Of a stretch of DNA of 64,000 nt, positions 37,001 to 50,085 are shown piece after piece; position 1 is the first letter of the stretch, and each line of letters opens with the position of its first letter. A program made the translations under genes and the position numbers. The DNA is taken from NCBI RefSeq assembly GCF_009914755.1, contig NC_060929.1; one strand, written 5' to 3'. This stretch comes from the human T2T-CHM13v2.0 reference genome, Homo sapiens. The notes under the pieces are model-generated. The model was not told the DNA's origin. It did not search any database and saw nothing but the letters and a program-made list of their open reading frames with translations.

Positions 37001-37151
37001 AATTTTTAATTAAAAAAAATTTTTTTTATTAGAGTTGGGGTCTCACTGTGTTGACCAGGCTGGTCTCGAACTCCTGGCCTCAAGCAATCTCCTTCCATTT
37101 TGGCCTCCCAAAGTGCCTGGATTACAGGTGTGAGCCACCATGCCCCAGCCC
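37001..37151 (-). mobile_element. FLAM / Alu left monomer
   Basis: Monomer ending GAGCCACCATGCCCCAGCC. TSD ATAAAACTGTACATTTT on both sides. Confidence 0.9.
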
Positions 37152-37876
37152 TATAAAACTGTACATTTTCGATGATACATAAAACTTATAATTGTAGATT
37201 CAAGCAACTCACATAGTTGGTTAAATAGATCACCTACTTAACAAATAATTTGTTTGTGGTAGAAACCAAGCTTGTGTTACTGCACTGTTGATTTCTCAGA
37301 GTGAAAGTCCAAACGACCTGGAATTGTGGTTTGGCCTGTGAGGATGCAGTAAAATAAAGCCTCCCCACCCCACCCCCAGAACATCAGAGGTCCCCAGAAA
37401 GGAAAAATATGATTAACGGTATTTTCTTCAAATGTGTTAAAAATTTTAGTGTTTTCATTTTTTCTATACAGTGATAAAAACATTTTATGAAAAAATTGTT
37501 CTGATTATTAAATCTTAACCGTTCCTTTTTCAGGGCTTAGTCTTACAGTAAACTACTTGCCATACTGAAGGTAATGAATACTTAAATAACTATCTTTCTT
37601 CTCAGTACACCAAACGTAACTCTTGGGTTCAGAAATGATTTACTTAGGATATATGCACTTATTTTTCTAGAGGAGTACTTCACCAAGGTATTAAACATTG
37701 TTACCATTTTAGTTACTATTGTATATACCAAAACTTTGTGTGGTTTTAGGAGAGAAGAAGTAATCATACCTTATCTACCCAAAATGGTTTCTCCCTCATT
37801 CAATATATATGTTTTAAATAACCAATTACTCTTTTGTGTGGAATGTCTTAGTATAATAACATTTCCAAATAACCTG

Positions 37877-38100
37877 TTTTGTGTAGCAGCTTTATTGAAG
37901 TATAATTCATATAGCATACAATTTCCCCATTTAAGATATACAGTTCTGTGGCTTTTAGTATATTCACCTACAGAGTTGTGCAGCCATCATCGCCAGAAAG
38001 AAACCCCACAGCCCTTACCCTTCACCCCTCCAGCCTCCCCATTCCTTCCAGTCCCAAGCAACTACCAGGTGACTTTCTGTCTCAGTGGCTTTGCCTATGA
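37877..38100 (-). mobile_element. L1M 3' end fragment
   Basis: CAGCTTTATTGAAGTATAATTCATATAGCATACAATTTCCCCATTTAAG...CCCAAGCAACTACC...TTTCTGTCTC. Confidence 0.75.
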
Positions 38101-38288
38101 AACAACCTGTTTTTATAACCTGAGAGAGGTATCCACAGGGAAGCTTCTCAGCCTCTCCTGTTACACTCTGTGATAACCTGGTGCACCTTTGTAAGCCGCT
38201 GAGAGAGGAATGGGACCTGCCTGCTTGTCAGCATTAGAGAGTTATTCTCCCCTTTAAAGGAAGCAGGAGTTATTTTGCTTTGGTAGTA

Positions 38289-38538
38289 CAGGTTGAGTAT
38301 CACTTATCCAAAATGCTTGGGACCAGAGGGGTTGTGAATTTCCGATTTTTCTTTTAGATTTTCTTTTAGATTTTGAAATATGTGCAAATACTCCCTGTTG
38401 AGTATCCCAGATCTGAACATCAGAAATCTGAAATGCTTCAGTGAATATTTTCTCTTAAGTGTCCTGTCGGCACTCAAAATATTTCAGACTTTGGAGCATT
38501 TTAGATTTTGGACTTTTGGATTTGGGACATTCAACATG
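38289..38538 (+). mobile_element. Tigger4a (MER46A)-like MITE
   Basis: TA|CAGGTTGAGTATC...CCAAAATGCTTGGGACCAG...TTCAACATG|TA; TA target duplication. Confidence 0.85.
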
Positions 38539-40004
38539 TAACTTGGTGTTAATGCGATTGTCAGTACAGTGATGAAGAAATACAGGGGACAGTGATATTG
38601 TGGGGCTGTTGTGAGTGTCGTGTGATGGGGCCCGTAAGAAATGGCTTGCATGTTGCCTTGAACACCAGAGAATCCGGATTCGTGAAGGCAGGATGACTTG
38701 GCATGTGTGTCTGCTTGCTTTGGTGGCACGCTGGAGATGTTTGGGCACATGTGTCGTGCGCACACCTGCTGCGGACAGCAGTTGTTGGGTGGAAATCAAC
38801 AGTTGTAGCCTTGACACAGATGGAAGTGAATGTGAATACAATTGAATATGAGGCATAAAACCCTCTACATTGATCAGCATGGTGTTTAAAATGCCTTAAC
38901 GCCCAGGCTCAGCCACTTTCTCTACCTCTAAGTAGATCTTTTGATTGATAGATTCTTAGTTCGCCAATAATATTGATCAGGCTTTGATAGCTAGGTTTTG
39001 AAAAGAGAAACGGTTACCAGCTGAGCCCAAAACTGCTTGCTTGGTTTTAATTTGGAGGTTGCTACTATTTGAGGTAGAATTCATGACTCATCAAATTTTC
39101 TTCTTTCCTCTAACATTTAGCATTATTACTCTTTGTTGGACAAATTTACCTTAAGAATGTTATTCTGAGCAGCTTGTAGTCACTGCCCATATCCTGCCTG
39201 TTATCCACCAGAACATGTAGGAATTTTCCTTTTTACTTTTTGTGAATTTAAGTGATTATAATATTTAGATGAAGTTAGAGATAGTGAACTTTATACATGA
39301 GAAAGTAAAGTTTATGTCAGTTCTCTCGAAACAGTGTACGTGTAGTTGATTTTAGTAGGAATAAAAGTTAGAAAAATGCACAGAGATTTTGTTCTTGGAG
39401 GGATAGGGTCCTGGAGGTGAACTGACTACTGCATGCTGGGAGGGACTTCCTGCAGCTAAGTGAAGAGAAGCATTCCATTGTTTTCTTTGATGCTGATTTG
39501 AATGTGGTCATTAATTTGCTCATTATTTTAAAACATTTATACTGTCAGTGCTAGGGTTTTTTCCCTCCTGCATGGTATGGTGTTAAGTAAACTCGAAGCC
39601 AAGTATCTGCTGTCCCATCTTTGTGCCAGAGCATTCGCAGCCTCCAGGGCTCCACCAGCCCATGTGGGCCCTCCTGGGTCCCTGTGGGCCCCGTGCACCA
39701 CCTGTCATGGATTCCTGCCGCTGGTGCATGGGACACCCGAGGAGATAAGGGGTATGAATCTTTCTTCTTTATGTTCCATGCACATTTAATAGCAGACGAT
39801 ATTAAAGAGAATTCAGTGTTAATGTAACTTTTCATATTTCATCTTTTTTTCTTTAAATAATTCATAAAGTGCTACTTTAAGTTAAAATCTTACAATGTAG
39901 GATCCTATTGGATGGTTCTTTTTAAAGAGAAAAGTTTGGAAAGGCCCTGGTGGGGGGTGCAACTAAAATGTTTTCCACTTGGTCTTAAAGAGTGTTGTGC
40001 AGAG

Positions 40005-40200
40005 CTAAGATGAACCTGATTTACATCCCACATCTTTGCCACCTGGCTGGCTGCCTTGTTAACTGTGCAGGTTAATTAATCCTTGCAAATCTCCATTTTC
40101 TCATGGAAAATAAGTATAAAAACAGGTACTTCGTAGGATTAAGGGAGATGCCAGCTTGTATCACTGCAGTGAATGGTGACGCCGATGAGGCTTGTGCTGT
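40005..40200 (+). mobile_element. MIR SINE
   Basis: GATGAACCTGATTTACATCCC...GCAGGTTAATTAATCCTTG...GGATTAAGGGAGATG. Confidence 0.55.
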
Positions 40201-40699
40201 TGGACTTATTTTTCCATACACGATGGTAAGAGGTGACGTATAACCTAAGATTGTTGGCTCTAGGCTTGAGATGTGCCCAGGGTGTTTTTTATATGTAGTC
40301 AACAGAGTTCAGAATATTGAAAAATTCAAATATTAAAATACCAGGAATAATTTCAGAATATATAAGTGGTATTCTGACCTGTTATGCTAAAATACTTCTT
40401 TTTGATAGGAAGTCTAAAAATTATTTCTATCCTAGTTAGCAGTAAGGACTCAACCTCCCCTCCCCCCCATTCTTAGTTCTTATGTAAGCGTTCTTGAAAA
40501 TGTAGTTATTCTTCCTTCTATACTTAGTTGAAATGTATAGAATAAGAATTAAATGCAGTGAATCAAATCTGCAGTGCCAGCTTTCTTGTTTCCTTGGTGT
40601 CTCTACTAACAGAAATACGCAAGCACAGCAACATGGGAGAAATAGCGTTCATCTCCCCACCCTCACAAACCCCTAGAGGTGTCGTTCACGTAATGACTT

Positions 40700-40893
40700 G
40701 TATTCACTGGGCACTCCACTGGGTACTGATTCCCTGTTTGATCCTCGCTGACCTCATCAGATGCTGCTGCCCCACTTTACAGGTAGGGATTCTGAGGCAT
40801 GGAGTGTTAACAGCCTGCCCAAGGTCACCTAGTTGCAGAACTGAATTCTGATCAGCTTGAGCCAACTCTAAAAACCCACATTCTTTCCACTAT
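40700..40893 (-). mobile_element. MIR SINE
   Basis: CCCACTTTACAGGTAGGGATTCTGAGGCATGGAG...CCTGCCCAAGGTCACCTAG. Confidence 0.7.
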
Positions 40894-43164
40894 TGTCTGC
40901 GTTCTCGTTGCATGGAGGGATAATATAGGAACATGAATGACTATGAGATTTAGAACAGAGGCGCAAAATTCACTTCAGCAATGAAGAATGGGTAGGGAAC
41001 TGTGTAGGATCTGAAAGGAGAACATTTGTTTTTGATCACTAGGAAAGGCTTCATGAAGTTTGAGATGCCTTTAACGAAGGATGCTTTTCACGGGAGGGAA
41101 CTGCCATGGGAGGAGGAGGAGTATTTTCTTGATTTAAAAGTATTCGTATATAATTTAGAAGTTGTTTCAGGGTACCCTGGTTTTCTCATGTAGATCATCC
41201 CCCAGGTTTCCCTGTCTCTTCAGCGGTTCTTTCCTAAATTAGCTTTTGCCTGACTTTCCTTCCTTTGCAACCTCAGTTTCTGATTTTATGTCTAGTCTGT
41301 GACTAATAAGTTTTCAAATAGTAATAAAAAGAGTTAAAGGGACTCATACAGGTTTGTGGAATGAGGCTTGAGAAACTAAGTGAAGCCTGAAGTTTATTTC
41401 CTTTTATGAACACAGTGTGCTTACATTGGTTTATTTTAACATAAACTATTTCTAAAAATGGAGTCAGTTATTATCTACTAAATGCAATTTGGTAGGGAGA
41501 TTTCTTTCAAATCATGAGCTTCTCAGTGGGGATAAAGGAAGAAAAGGGGGTTCTCAGTGGTGAAAAGATTGGGAAGGACCAATATTCTTATGTCTGTGAA
41601 AATCACTGTAAAATTTGAGCTAAGCTGTTACCCTGAAGCTGTTTTCCCGTTCTTTTACATCACAGCAGATTTTCATTCTTCTCCTCTTTCCCTTGTGGTG
41701 AACAGTTGCATTTAAGCATTATCAGCATTAAAAACATATTTGGGATGAAATCTAAGCCAAGCATCTGTTAACCAGTCAGCCACTTTCCAAAACCCTTTCA
41801 GCTGCAGGGAGTGGGTATGATTCCATGGGGTGTGAGTCTGACATCAGAAGACTTGCTGCCTTCTCCAGAGAGATGGCATCCTTTTGTAGATTTTCAGACA
41901 AGACGGACTACTTACATTTCACTGAAGGTGAAAAGTTCTAAACAAGACCTCAATTGTCAATATTACATTTTGCAAATCTACTAATTGGTTTATATTTGAA
42001 AGGATATGAAATTTGGGTGTTCCCCCCCACCCCTTTTTTAACTATTGAGATGGTATTCATTAAAACTGTTGGCAAAACCTGTTTTGGAATTAATATGGTA
42101 AAAGATTGAAGTTTTACATTATTTTCTTTTGAATCGTGAAATAAGTTTTTAAGAGAAGTTCTTGGGTCCCTAGAATGAGTCATTAAAATACTGGTGAGGT
42201 TTTTTAGGGAAATAGCATTGTATGTCAATACGTTGAAAGAAACAAAAATGCTACTTTGATTCTCTTTTTTATTTATCAGTGTTAGAATTAAGGCTTTTAA
42301 AATCCTACTGACTTTGTTTTTGGTGAAGACTTGCTAAAACAATTTGAGTTTTCTTCAAAGAAGGATGTTTTCCAAATACCTTTTTTCCCATATGAACTAC
42401 AAGTATCGACATTTTGGGGGGCCTTCCTCATATATATTCAAATTTATAGTTATTGTGTTCTATGAGTATCATGAATCTGCCTGATGATTTCATAATAGGA
42501 AATTGAATGACACTGATTTGGGGAAATGAGGTAGAAATTATGGGTTAGGCAGAAGCTTCTGTAATCTGTTAGTAATTGTTTGGTAAGATCATACAATTTG
42601 TACATAGTAAAGCAAGCTAGTGAATTAAGCTTTTCGTTATCAGATGCTATGGGAGTGGTCTGAGAAGGGAGTAATAGAGTAAGCTGTTGGTTTCTGCTTA
42701 AGACTAAAACATGTGCTTTAAAAATGTTCTTAAAACCCTTTATTTAATTGAAACTTGATTCCTACTATAGGCTAAATTTTATATTGTTGTGGATATAGAG
42801 GCATTGTCAGCTCTAAAACTCTGATTTTAGGATGCTTCATATTTTATATTATTTAAAATAGCACAATTTTCAAGAAGGCAAAACAGTAGCAATTCAAACA
42901 TGGATTTGTTCACTTTGGGTTCTTGTTTCTTCTATCTTCCCCCAGACACTCTATAATTGGATTTGCTTCTAGGTTTACATGTTAGGATATACCAGTTAGA
43001 TTAGCAGTACAGCCTGTCGGTGCCAAAGATGTGGGACAAATTATATTCCATTGCAAGCTTAGAACATTTTTTTTTGTAGCAGTTCAATACACTTGAGTGC
43101 TATGATTTTTGAAGTTAAAAGTAAATTGTATTATTCCAACGACACTGTAAATATTAATTACACT

Positions 43165-43400
43165 GATCATAGTCACTAATGGTGTTTGCCATGTGCCGGG
43201 CACTGGTCAAAACTCTTGCCTGTATCAACTCTCATCCTTACTACAGTGCTAGTAGATGTGCATATTATTTTACAGATGTGGAGACAGAGATATGGAAAAG
43301 TTAAATAACTTATCCAAGGCCACATACCTGCCAAGTGGCAGAGACAGGCCTGGAATCCAAGCAGGGAGGCCTTGCTTCTGTGCTCTTAGCCTCTGGACTA
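43165..43400 (-). mobile_element. MIR SINE
   Basis: ATGTGCCGGGCACTG...TTTTACAGATGTGGAGACAGAG...TAACTTATCCAAGGCCACA. Confidence 0.8.
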
Positions 43401-43777
43401 CTGCAGTCTACTTCATGTTTTCCGTTGACTAACAGAAAGCTCTTTTCTCCATTTCTTTACTGTGGCCTCAGATATGAATGTATGTATTATATGTATATAA
43501 TAAAGACATGCTAAATCATCTTAACCTACAAATCTGAGTGCAGAATAAAGATCATTTCTGTGAAACACAAAAGATACCAATCTTATACAAATCAGGGCTC
43601 TTGTCAATTCTTATGATTAAAATATTATTAAAATTGATAGACTTTTTTCTTTGGGGATCCTCACAAGAAGAAAATAGTGTTGCCTACCAGGCATAAAGGA
43701 GTTCTGGTTTTGTATCCATACTGGTTCACAAATGACTATCAGGAGGAAAAGATGGTAACATGCTCCCCACTGCCCCC

Positions 43778-43981
43778 TTTTGAGACAAGGTCTCACTGTG
43801 TCACCCAGGCTGGAGTACGGTGGCAGGATCATGGGTCATCGTAGCCTCCGCCTGCTGTGCTCAAGCAGTCCTCCCACCTCAGCCTCCCGAGTAGCTGGGA
43901 CTGCAGGCGTGCCACCATGCCTGCCTAATCTTTTAAAACATTTTTTTTACAGAGATGAGGTCTCACTGTGTTGTTCAGGCT
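43778..43981 (-). mobile_element. 5'-truncated Alu (AluJ-like), antisense
   Basis: TGAGACAAGGTCTCACTGTGTCACCCAGGCTGGAGT...GAGATGAGGTCTCACTGTGTTG. Confidence 0.88.
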
Positions 43982-46900
43982 ATTCGGGCTTTTTGATCTA
44001 TTATTTGATTGCTCCAAGTCAGCCAGCCCTTATATTCCCACTCTACTCTGCATTGTTGGAGGATAAACCAGAAATGGGAAACACAGGCCCTGCCTTCTCT
44101 AAATCCCTCTCTACTCCGGAAGGTAAATTGCAGGTGAGCTTTGGGATACCTTGCTCGGGCAGAGGGAACAGACACATGCAGTGGTTGGCGGCCCAGCCAG
44201 GGGGTCTCTTCTCTCACAGCCACATCTGCAAAGACAGCAGGGCTTGGTTGGAGACTTTATCAGGCCCCTCAGTGTGAAGAGCTCAGGAGGAGCTCAGTCT
44301 TGTGTTGAAGCCAGTGAAGAATTCCGGGCACTCCCATTACTGCTATGGCTCTTTCCTGCTGCTTCTGTGTCCCCTCTCCGGCTCCTGGGATTTTGGGTGT
44401 GTCCATGTCCTGGTCCCTGCCTCTGCTGTTACTCCCCCCTCCCTCTCCATTCGTGTGTACCCTGCCTTTTCTCTCAATGTTTTGCTCGCAACTTAGACAT
44501 GAAATGTTTTTTTTTTTTAAGTTAGATTTAAATTTGATTAAAGATTATATTCCTTAATGCAAGTAAAATTCCACCCCTCCTCCCAATTCAGTTGTTTCTA
44601 GCTTAGAGTCCTTGGCTGATCTTTATGTCTATGGTACTTAAATTAAGTTTCCATGTATCTGTTATAATGGTAACTTTTATTATGAGAGTCTCTTCAAATA
44701 ATTAGAAAATGATTTTTGGAAAGGTGTATGTCAAATAGAGGTCATAATGACAAAACATAATATCTTATAATGAATGTAATATTCTGGACTAAAAAAAAAT
44801 TATTCCATAGGAGGGTATAAGCCAAACTAGTTTTTCCCCAGCATTTGTTTTCCTCATACATTTATAAGGAAAACATATGGGATAGAAATAATTAGGTGCA
44901 TTAAAAGACCATATTGACTTTCTGTGTTAGCATTTTTTCTTTAATTGTGTACATTTTTCATGAGTTTTTGTCTAGTATGATCCATTTTTGGTATAGGCAT
45001 GCCAATAGCCTAGAGCTTTTAATTCATCAAAGAGAGGGTATTTCTAGAAAAATAGCAAAGGCCTCATAGGAGCCTACCACTTGCTGTTCAGCAAACTAGC
45101 TAGTACAATAACAGCGCCATATGCAGGGCCATGCCTGGCAGAAGGGCTCCTCTTAGGGAGGAGTGACTCAGGTCCTGCAGCCAGGACCTGCTTGGCTGTG
45201 CAGCTCAGCCGCTGCTGACCAAGGGGAGGCAATTTAGCATTTTACACTTCGGGTGCGTTGCTTAAAATAAGGAAAGTAAAACATCATGGAACGTTTTGAG
45301 GTCTTTGGGTAGCACACTTTAACATAGGGATTGATCTTTTAGGTTCATGAAGGTAGATCTTAATAACTTAAAATTATAATCTGTTTTTCACAAAGATATT
45401 TACAATGTTGTATTATATTTTGCATTTGAAGTTGCCGGTTTCGGGAATGCACTTTGAAGTTGTAATTTCCTGTTTAATTTATGATATTTAATATAGAAAT
45501 GCATAGGATTTCTGAATGATGGTTTGGCATTGTCTGCTGTAAATGGGGCAAATATCATGGAAGAGGCTATCTTTGAAGCTATAGAGAATGTAGAAATCAG
45601 ATGCTTTCTTTTGAGACTATTAAAGATACTGGGTTTTCATAGTAGTATGTAGAATACTTAAAAGCACCTTATGGCCAGTTTTTCCAAATTGGTTATTTAC
45701 ATTCTAGAATATGATTTTTCTGTAGAATTGTTATCTGTATGGCTGGGCTCTCAGGCCAGCCCTAGAAATTGTCTTGTCCTATAATGTTGCTGAACTGCAG
45801 TACTAAGAATGTCAGAGAAAATAAGCATTAATCATTAAAATAAATTTGAAATTCTGCTGAGCTTATGGGACCATGTTTGACTCCTCACCGTAGCCCACAG
45901 CGGCAAGAAGCAGCACCTGGGAACTCCACGTTCCACTCCTTGCCGTCAGCCTGGATTGCAGCGGGTCCTTGGTGTATTCAGGTGGCATCTGTGAGGATTG
46001 GGTCAGGCTCATACAGGGAGGCTGCAGTTGCTGGAGCAGGGAGCACAGGGTAAATGAGGTTTGGGGTCTGTGAGAGGCATAGGCAGAGGGGGTGGGCTGC
46101 AAGGGCAGCTAGGGGAGGTATAGCCTCAGGAAAAGAGAGTCTGAGACAGGCCCAGGGGGATGCAGCTCCGAGTTAAGTACTTGAACATCGGGAGCTATGC
46201 ATCCCACAGTTCTCTACAGCAAACAGTAAAATATTACTGACAGACTTGGGAAAAGCCAGCGAGTCTTTTGAGTCAATGAAAAGATAGCATTTGCTGTGAT
46301 CAGCTTCTCTAATATTGTTCCTCTGTAAGGGTTTCACTGTTCTCAACTTTGAACATCCACTCGCCGTTCTGTGGTATATCCATTTGTCCCTAGTATTTAA
46401 ATTAGGTTATTGTAAAAGCTCCTTTGCACCTGTTGAAAATACTGGCACAGTTTCTCCATTAGTAAACCCTAGAAATCTGAGCTCTCTTTCACTGAAGTTT
46501 CTTATTTCAACTGGAACATTCTTCTTGAATGTGTGTGATAGGATCAGTGTACGGTTTTCAAATGGTTCAGTCTTTCTGCAACCACAAAGTTTCTTATTCA
46601 GGGGAGTGCTTGCAGTTCTCTTCATTCCCCTCCTCCACTTGTAGATGAAGAAAAGAAAGGCTTATATTATTTTTGAGGCAGCTGCTAACAAAAAACTTGG
46701 TTTCTTGAGAGCTGTGCTTGTCATTGCTTAAAGATAGTGTATGTCAGACCAAGCTGGTGACAGTTCTGCGCTACTGAATTGGAGATGCCTCGGCGTGGAG
46801 AGTCTTGTCTGCAGATCAGTGGCCTTTGCAATAGACACACTCTTCTTGACCGTTTTTGCACCGAGTGGACTGATTGTAAGGCTGTCTCCACCTGTGCACA

Positions 46901-48974
46901 CAGAGGTCCCTGAGAAGAACACGGGGCAAATGAAGGGCAGGCGTAGATATTCTGGCCCGTGCCACAGATCCAGAATAGCTGGTGACCCTGGTGTGCTGCC
47001 ACCATTTCCGGCCAGGAATTTGACCTTCCTAAAGCACAGTTTGCCAGGTGATGTCCGTTCCAGGTAAATGACACAGGCAATGGAATTAGAAGCCTATTAG
47101 GGTGTTGAATATTTTTGATGTCTATTCCATTTAGGACAAGATTGAAGCCTCCTAGGTTAGAGTGTACATTCAACATTGCTTATTATTCTGGGAGTAACTC
47201 CCGGTTAACGATATAAGGGGAAAAACACTCATTATCCATTCCCTTGATTTACTTAAATCCCTGATAAATTTTACTTCCCCTCTCACCTTAAACCATTTCT
47301 TCTATCTGATAAACAGCTACAGTTTCGTTGTATCCTTTGAAACAATTTAAATCAGAAGGTGAAAGTTCAAAATAATGCCTTTTAAAGATAGAAAATAAAA
47401 CATAATTATAAGATCAACAGTATTAAATTTCTGCTACTTCATTTTCCTTAAATTTAAAACTTGATTTACTAGCTGTTAAACTAGGGGGAACTCTGGGGTT
47501 TAACATCATTGAGGGCTGGGAGGTACATGTGTTTGTGGAACTTCGTTAATATTTTAAAATACCAAGTCCATGAATAAAGTCACATAACCTCTTTACTGGA
47601 ACTTGGAAAGCGCAGCCAGGAATAGGCTTCACTTTCCCTGTCTGTCTCTGCTCTTGGTCGCTTCTCAGGCAGACCCTGTGGCTGTCACTTCTCTTTTGGA
47701 TATTGGAACAGTCAGTGCTGTAGGCATTAAGAGCCCAAGCCAGTCTCAACCGGAATGTCACTCTTTCACCCACTGGAAGCCCTCTTCTTCCCAGCTGAGG
47801 CCTGCCCCCTTTCTGTGGGCCAGCCTCAGGGAAGGGGCTGTATTTCTTCTGTTTCCCTCTCCAGTCACCCCTCGCCTCCTGTTCCCTGTGGCTTCTCCAT
47901 CTGGGGGCTAGGGACAAGGAAGAAGGAAAAGGGTAACACTCTTTTGACTCAGCCATTCCCTGCCATTCTGTTGTGCTCTGCTTCTGTCTCTGCACCTGTC
48001 TCTCGGATTCTTCGGAGACACCCCCCACACCACCTCCTGGAATGTTCCTTGGCATGGTGGTGCCCACTCCTGGCCACCTTCACAACTCCCCTTCAGAGTG
48101 CACCCTGGAGGTGCTCCCCTCTCCACCCTGCTCACTGAGTCCCTTTGCCTTGCAGGCAGTCCTCCTGGCCTCGCTCCTTGGTGTTTCTCTGTCCACACCA
48201 GCAATGTGTGTCCTCCCAAACTACAGGTAGCAGGCCACCGCTGTCTGTCCACCCCCCACCTCCCCCTTCCCCACAGCTCAGCCCGCTGAGCAAGGGCTGG
48301 CACCTGCATTGTGCAGGCCTGGTGGCCCCTCAGTGAGCCTCGTGTGCTTTCTTCACGTTGGTGTTAGCCTGTGTGGTCCCTTCCCTCTGCTGCCCTCGGC
48401 TGGAGCCTGGGCCAAGTCAAGACATGGAAATGTCCTGTCACTGTCACAACTGGGTATTGGATGCTGTAATCCATTGTTGTGATGTGTGGATGTAAACTTC
48501 AGAATTAGGGGAAGATTAGCCTGAACTATGAAACATGTTAATATGCATTTCAGTTATTTCCAAATGTAGAAATATACTTTTAAATGAGGGTTTCAGCTTT
48601 AAATGAAGTCTTACTAATTCGTATATCCTATTATGGTAAGATATAAAAGTCTTTTAAGGAATATGTTCTTTTAGATTAACTCAAGACTTGAAGTGATGTT
48701 GAAGAAACTCTTGATCATTTGAACCCTGTTTGGGAAACTTTACTGAATTTTATGGTAGATTCCTTGTAGGACACATACATATTTGATTGGTATATGTCAT
48801 ATAAGATTTTGCATTATATTGCACTTAAAATAGGTGTTAATTTTGTTTTAGGATGTTATAGTCTGTGCTAAGAAGAGCATGCTATTTTGACAATAAAGTT
48901 GATAAGTTGGAATACATGGGCTTAGATATATAAATTAAATATAGAGAGGGAAGCAGAAGAAATATAGACCACTA

Positions 48975-49316
<342 letters not shown>

Positions 49317-49924
49317 TTATGACTGTGGGATGTTTCAATGGGTCTTGTACCTCATGGTATATTAGGAAATCATAGAGTTAGAACTTGGTAATGCACCAAG
49401 TTAAAATAATCAAAATTAGATTTTGAAGGAATCATTCTTTAATGTTATTACCTTCCCACTTAAAAAATTACAAATGGAATGTCAAACCTTAGGCATTAGG
49501 TAACTGAAATCTTATAGCATACCCTTCTGTTCAGACACTTGCTCTTGCGAAGTGTGTTGAATGCATTTTAGTAACATCCACTGCCAATTTAAAGTGACAT
49601 TGAGTAGATTAGGAAAGTAAAATAAAGTGATTTGATCCATTCGTTACTTGAATGGTTAATTTTATGTTGACTGTGTGGATTAAATACACCCGGGGCCCCA
49701 GGCAGTGTCCCTGCACCTGCTGCCGTAGGTGAGGGGGACAAGGCCTGCCTGGAACAGAAGGCAGCTCAGGGCCTGGGAGTCAGTTTCCTGAGGGGAGCCC
49801 CTTGCAAGCACCGTCCACACAGGGCCCCCAAGTGCTGCCCACCTATCTTGTTCATCCTCCCTCGCTGTCAGGAACTGCTACCCTGGGCTGTGCTTTGGAA
49901 CAGGTCATCAGAGCTGACATTGGT

Positions 49925-50085
49925 GGACACTGTTGGTGTGTGCTACAGTGGTGCTCAGTGCTTTACAGACTTCTCCTGTAATCCTCAGAGCAAGCCCACC
50001 AATAAGAAATTCTGATCCCCATATTATGGGCAATGGCTCCAAAGCTCTAAGGAGTGTATTAACTTGGACGTGGTACTTCTGGGGT
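49925..50085 (-). mobile_element. MIR SINE (degenerate)
   Basis: GTGCTCAGTGCTTTACA...TAATCCTCAGAGCAAGCCCA...CCCCATATTATGG. Confidence 0.55.
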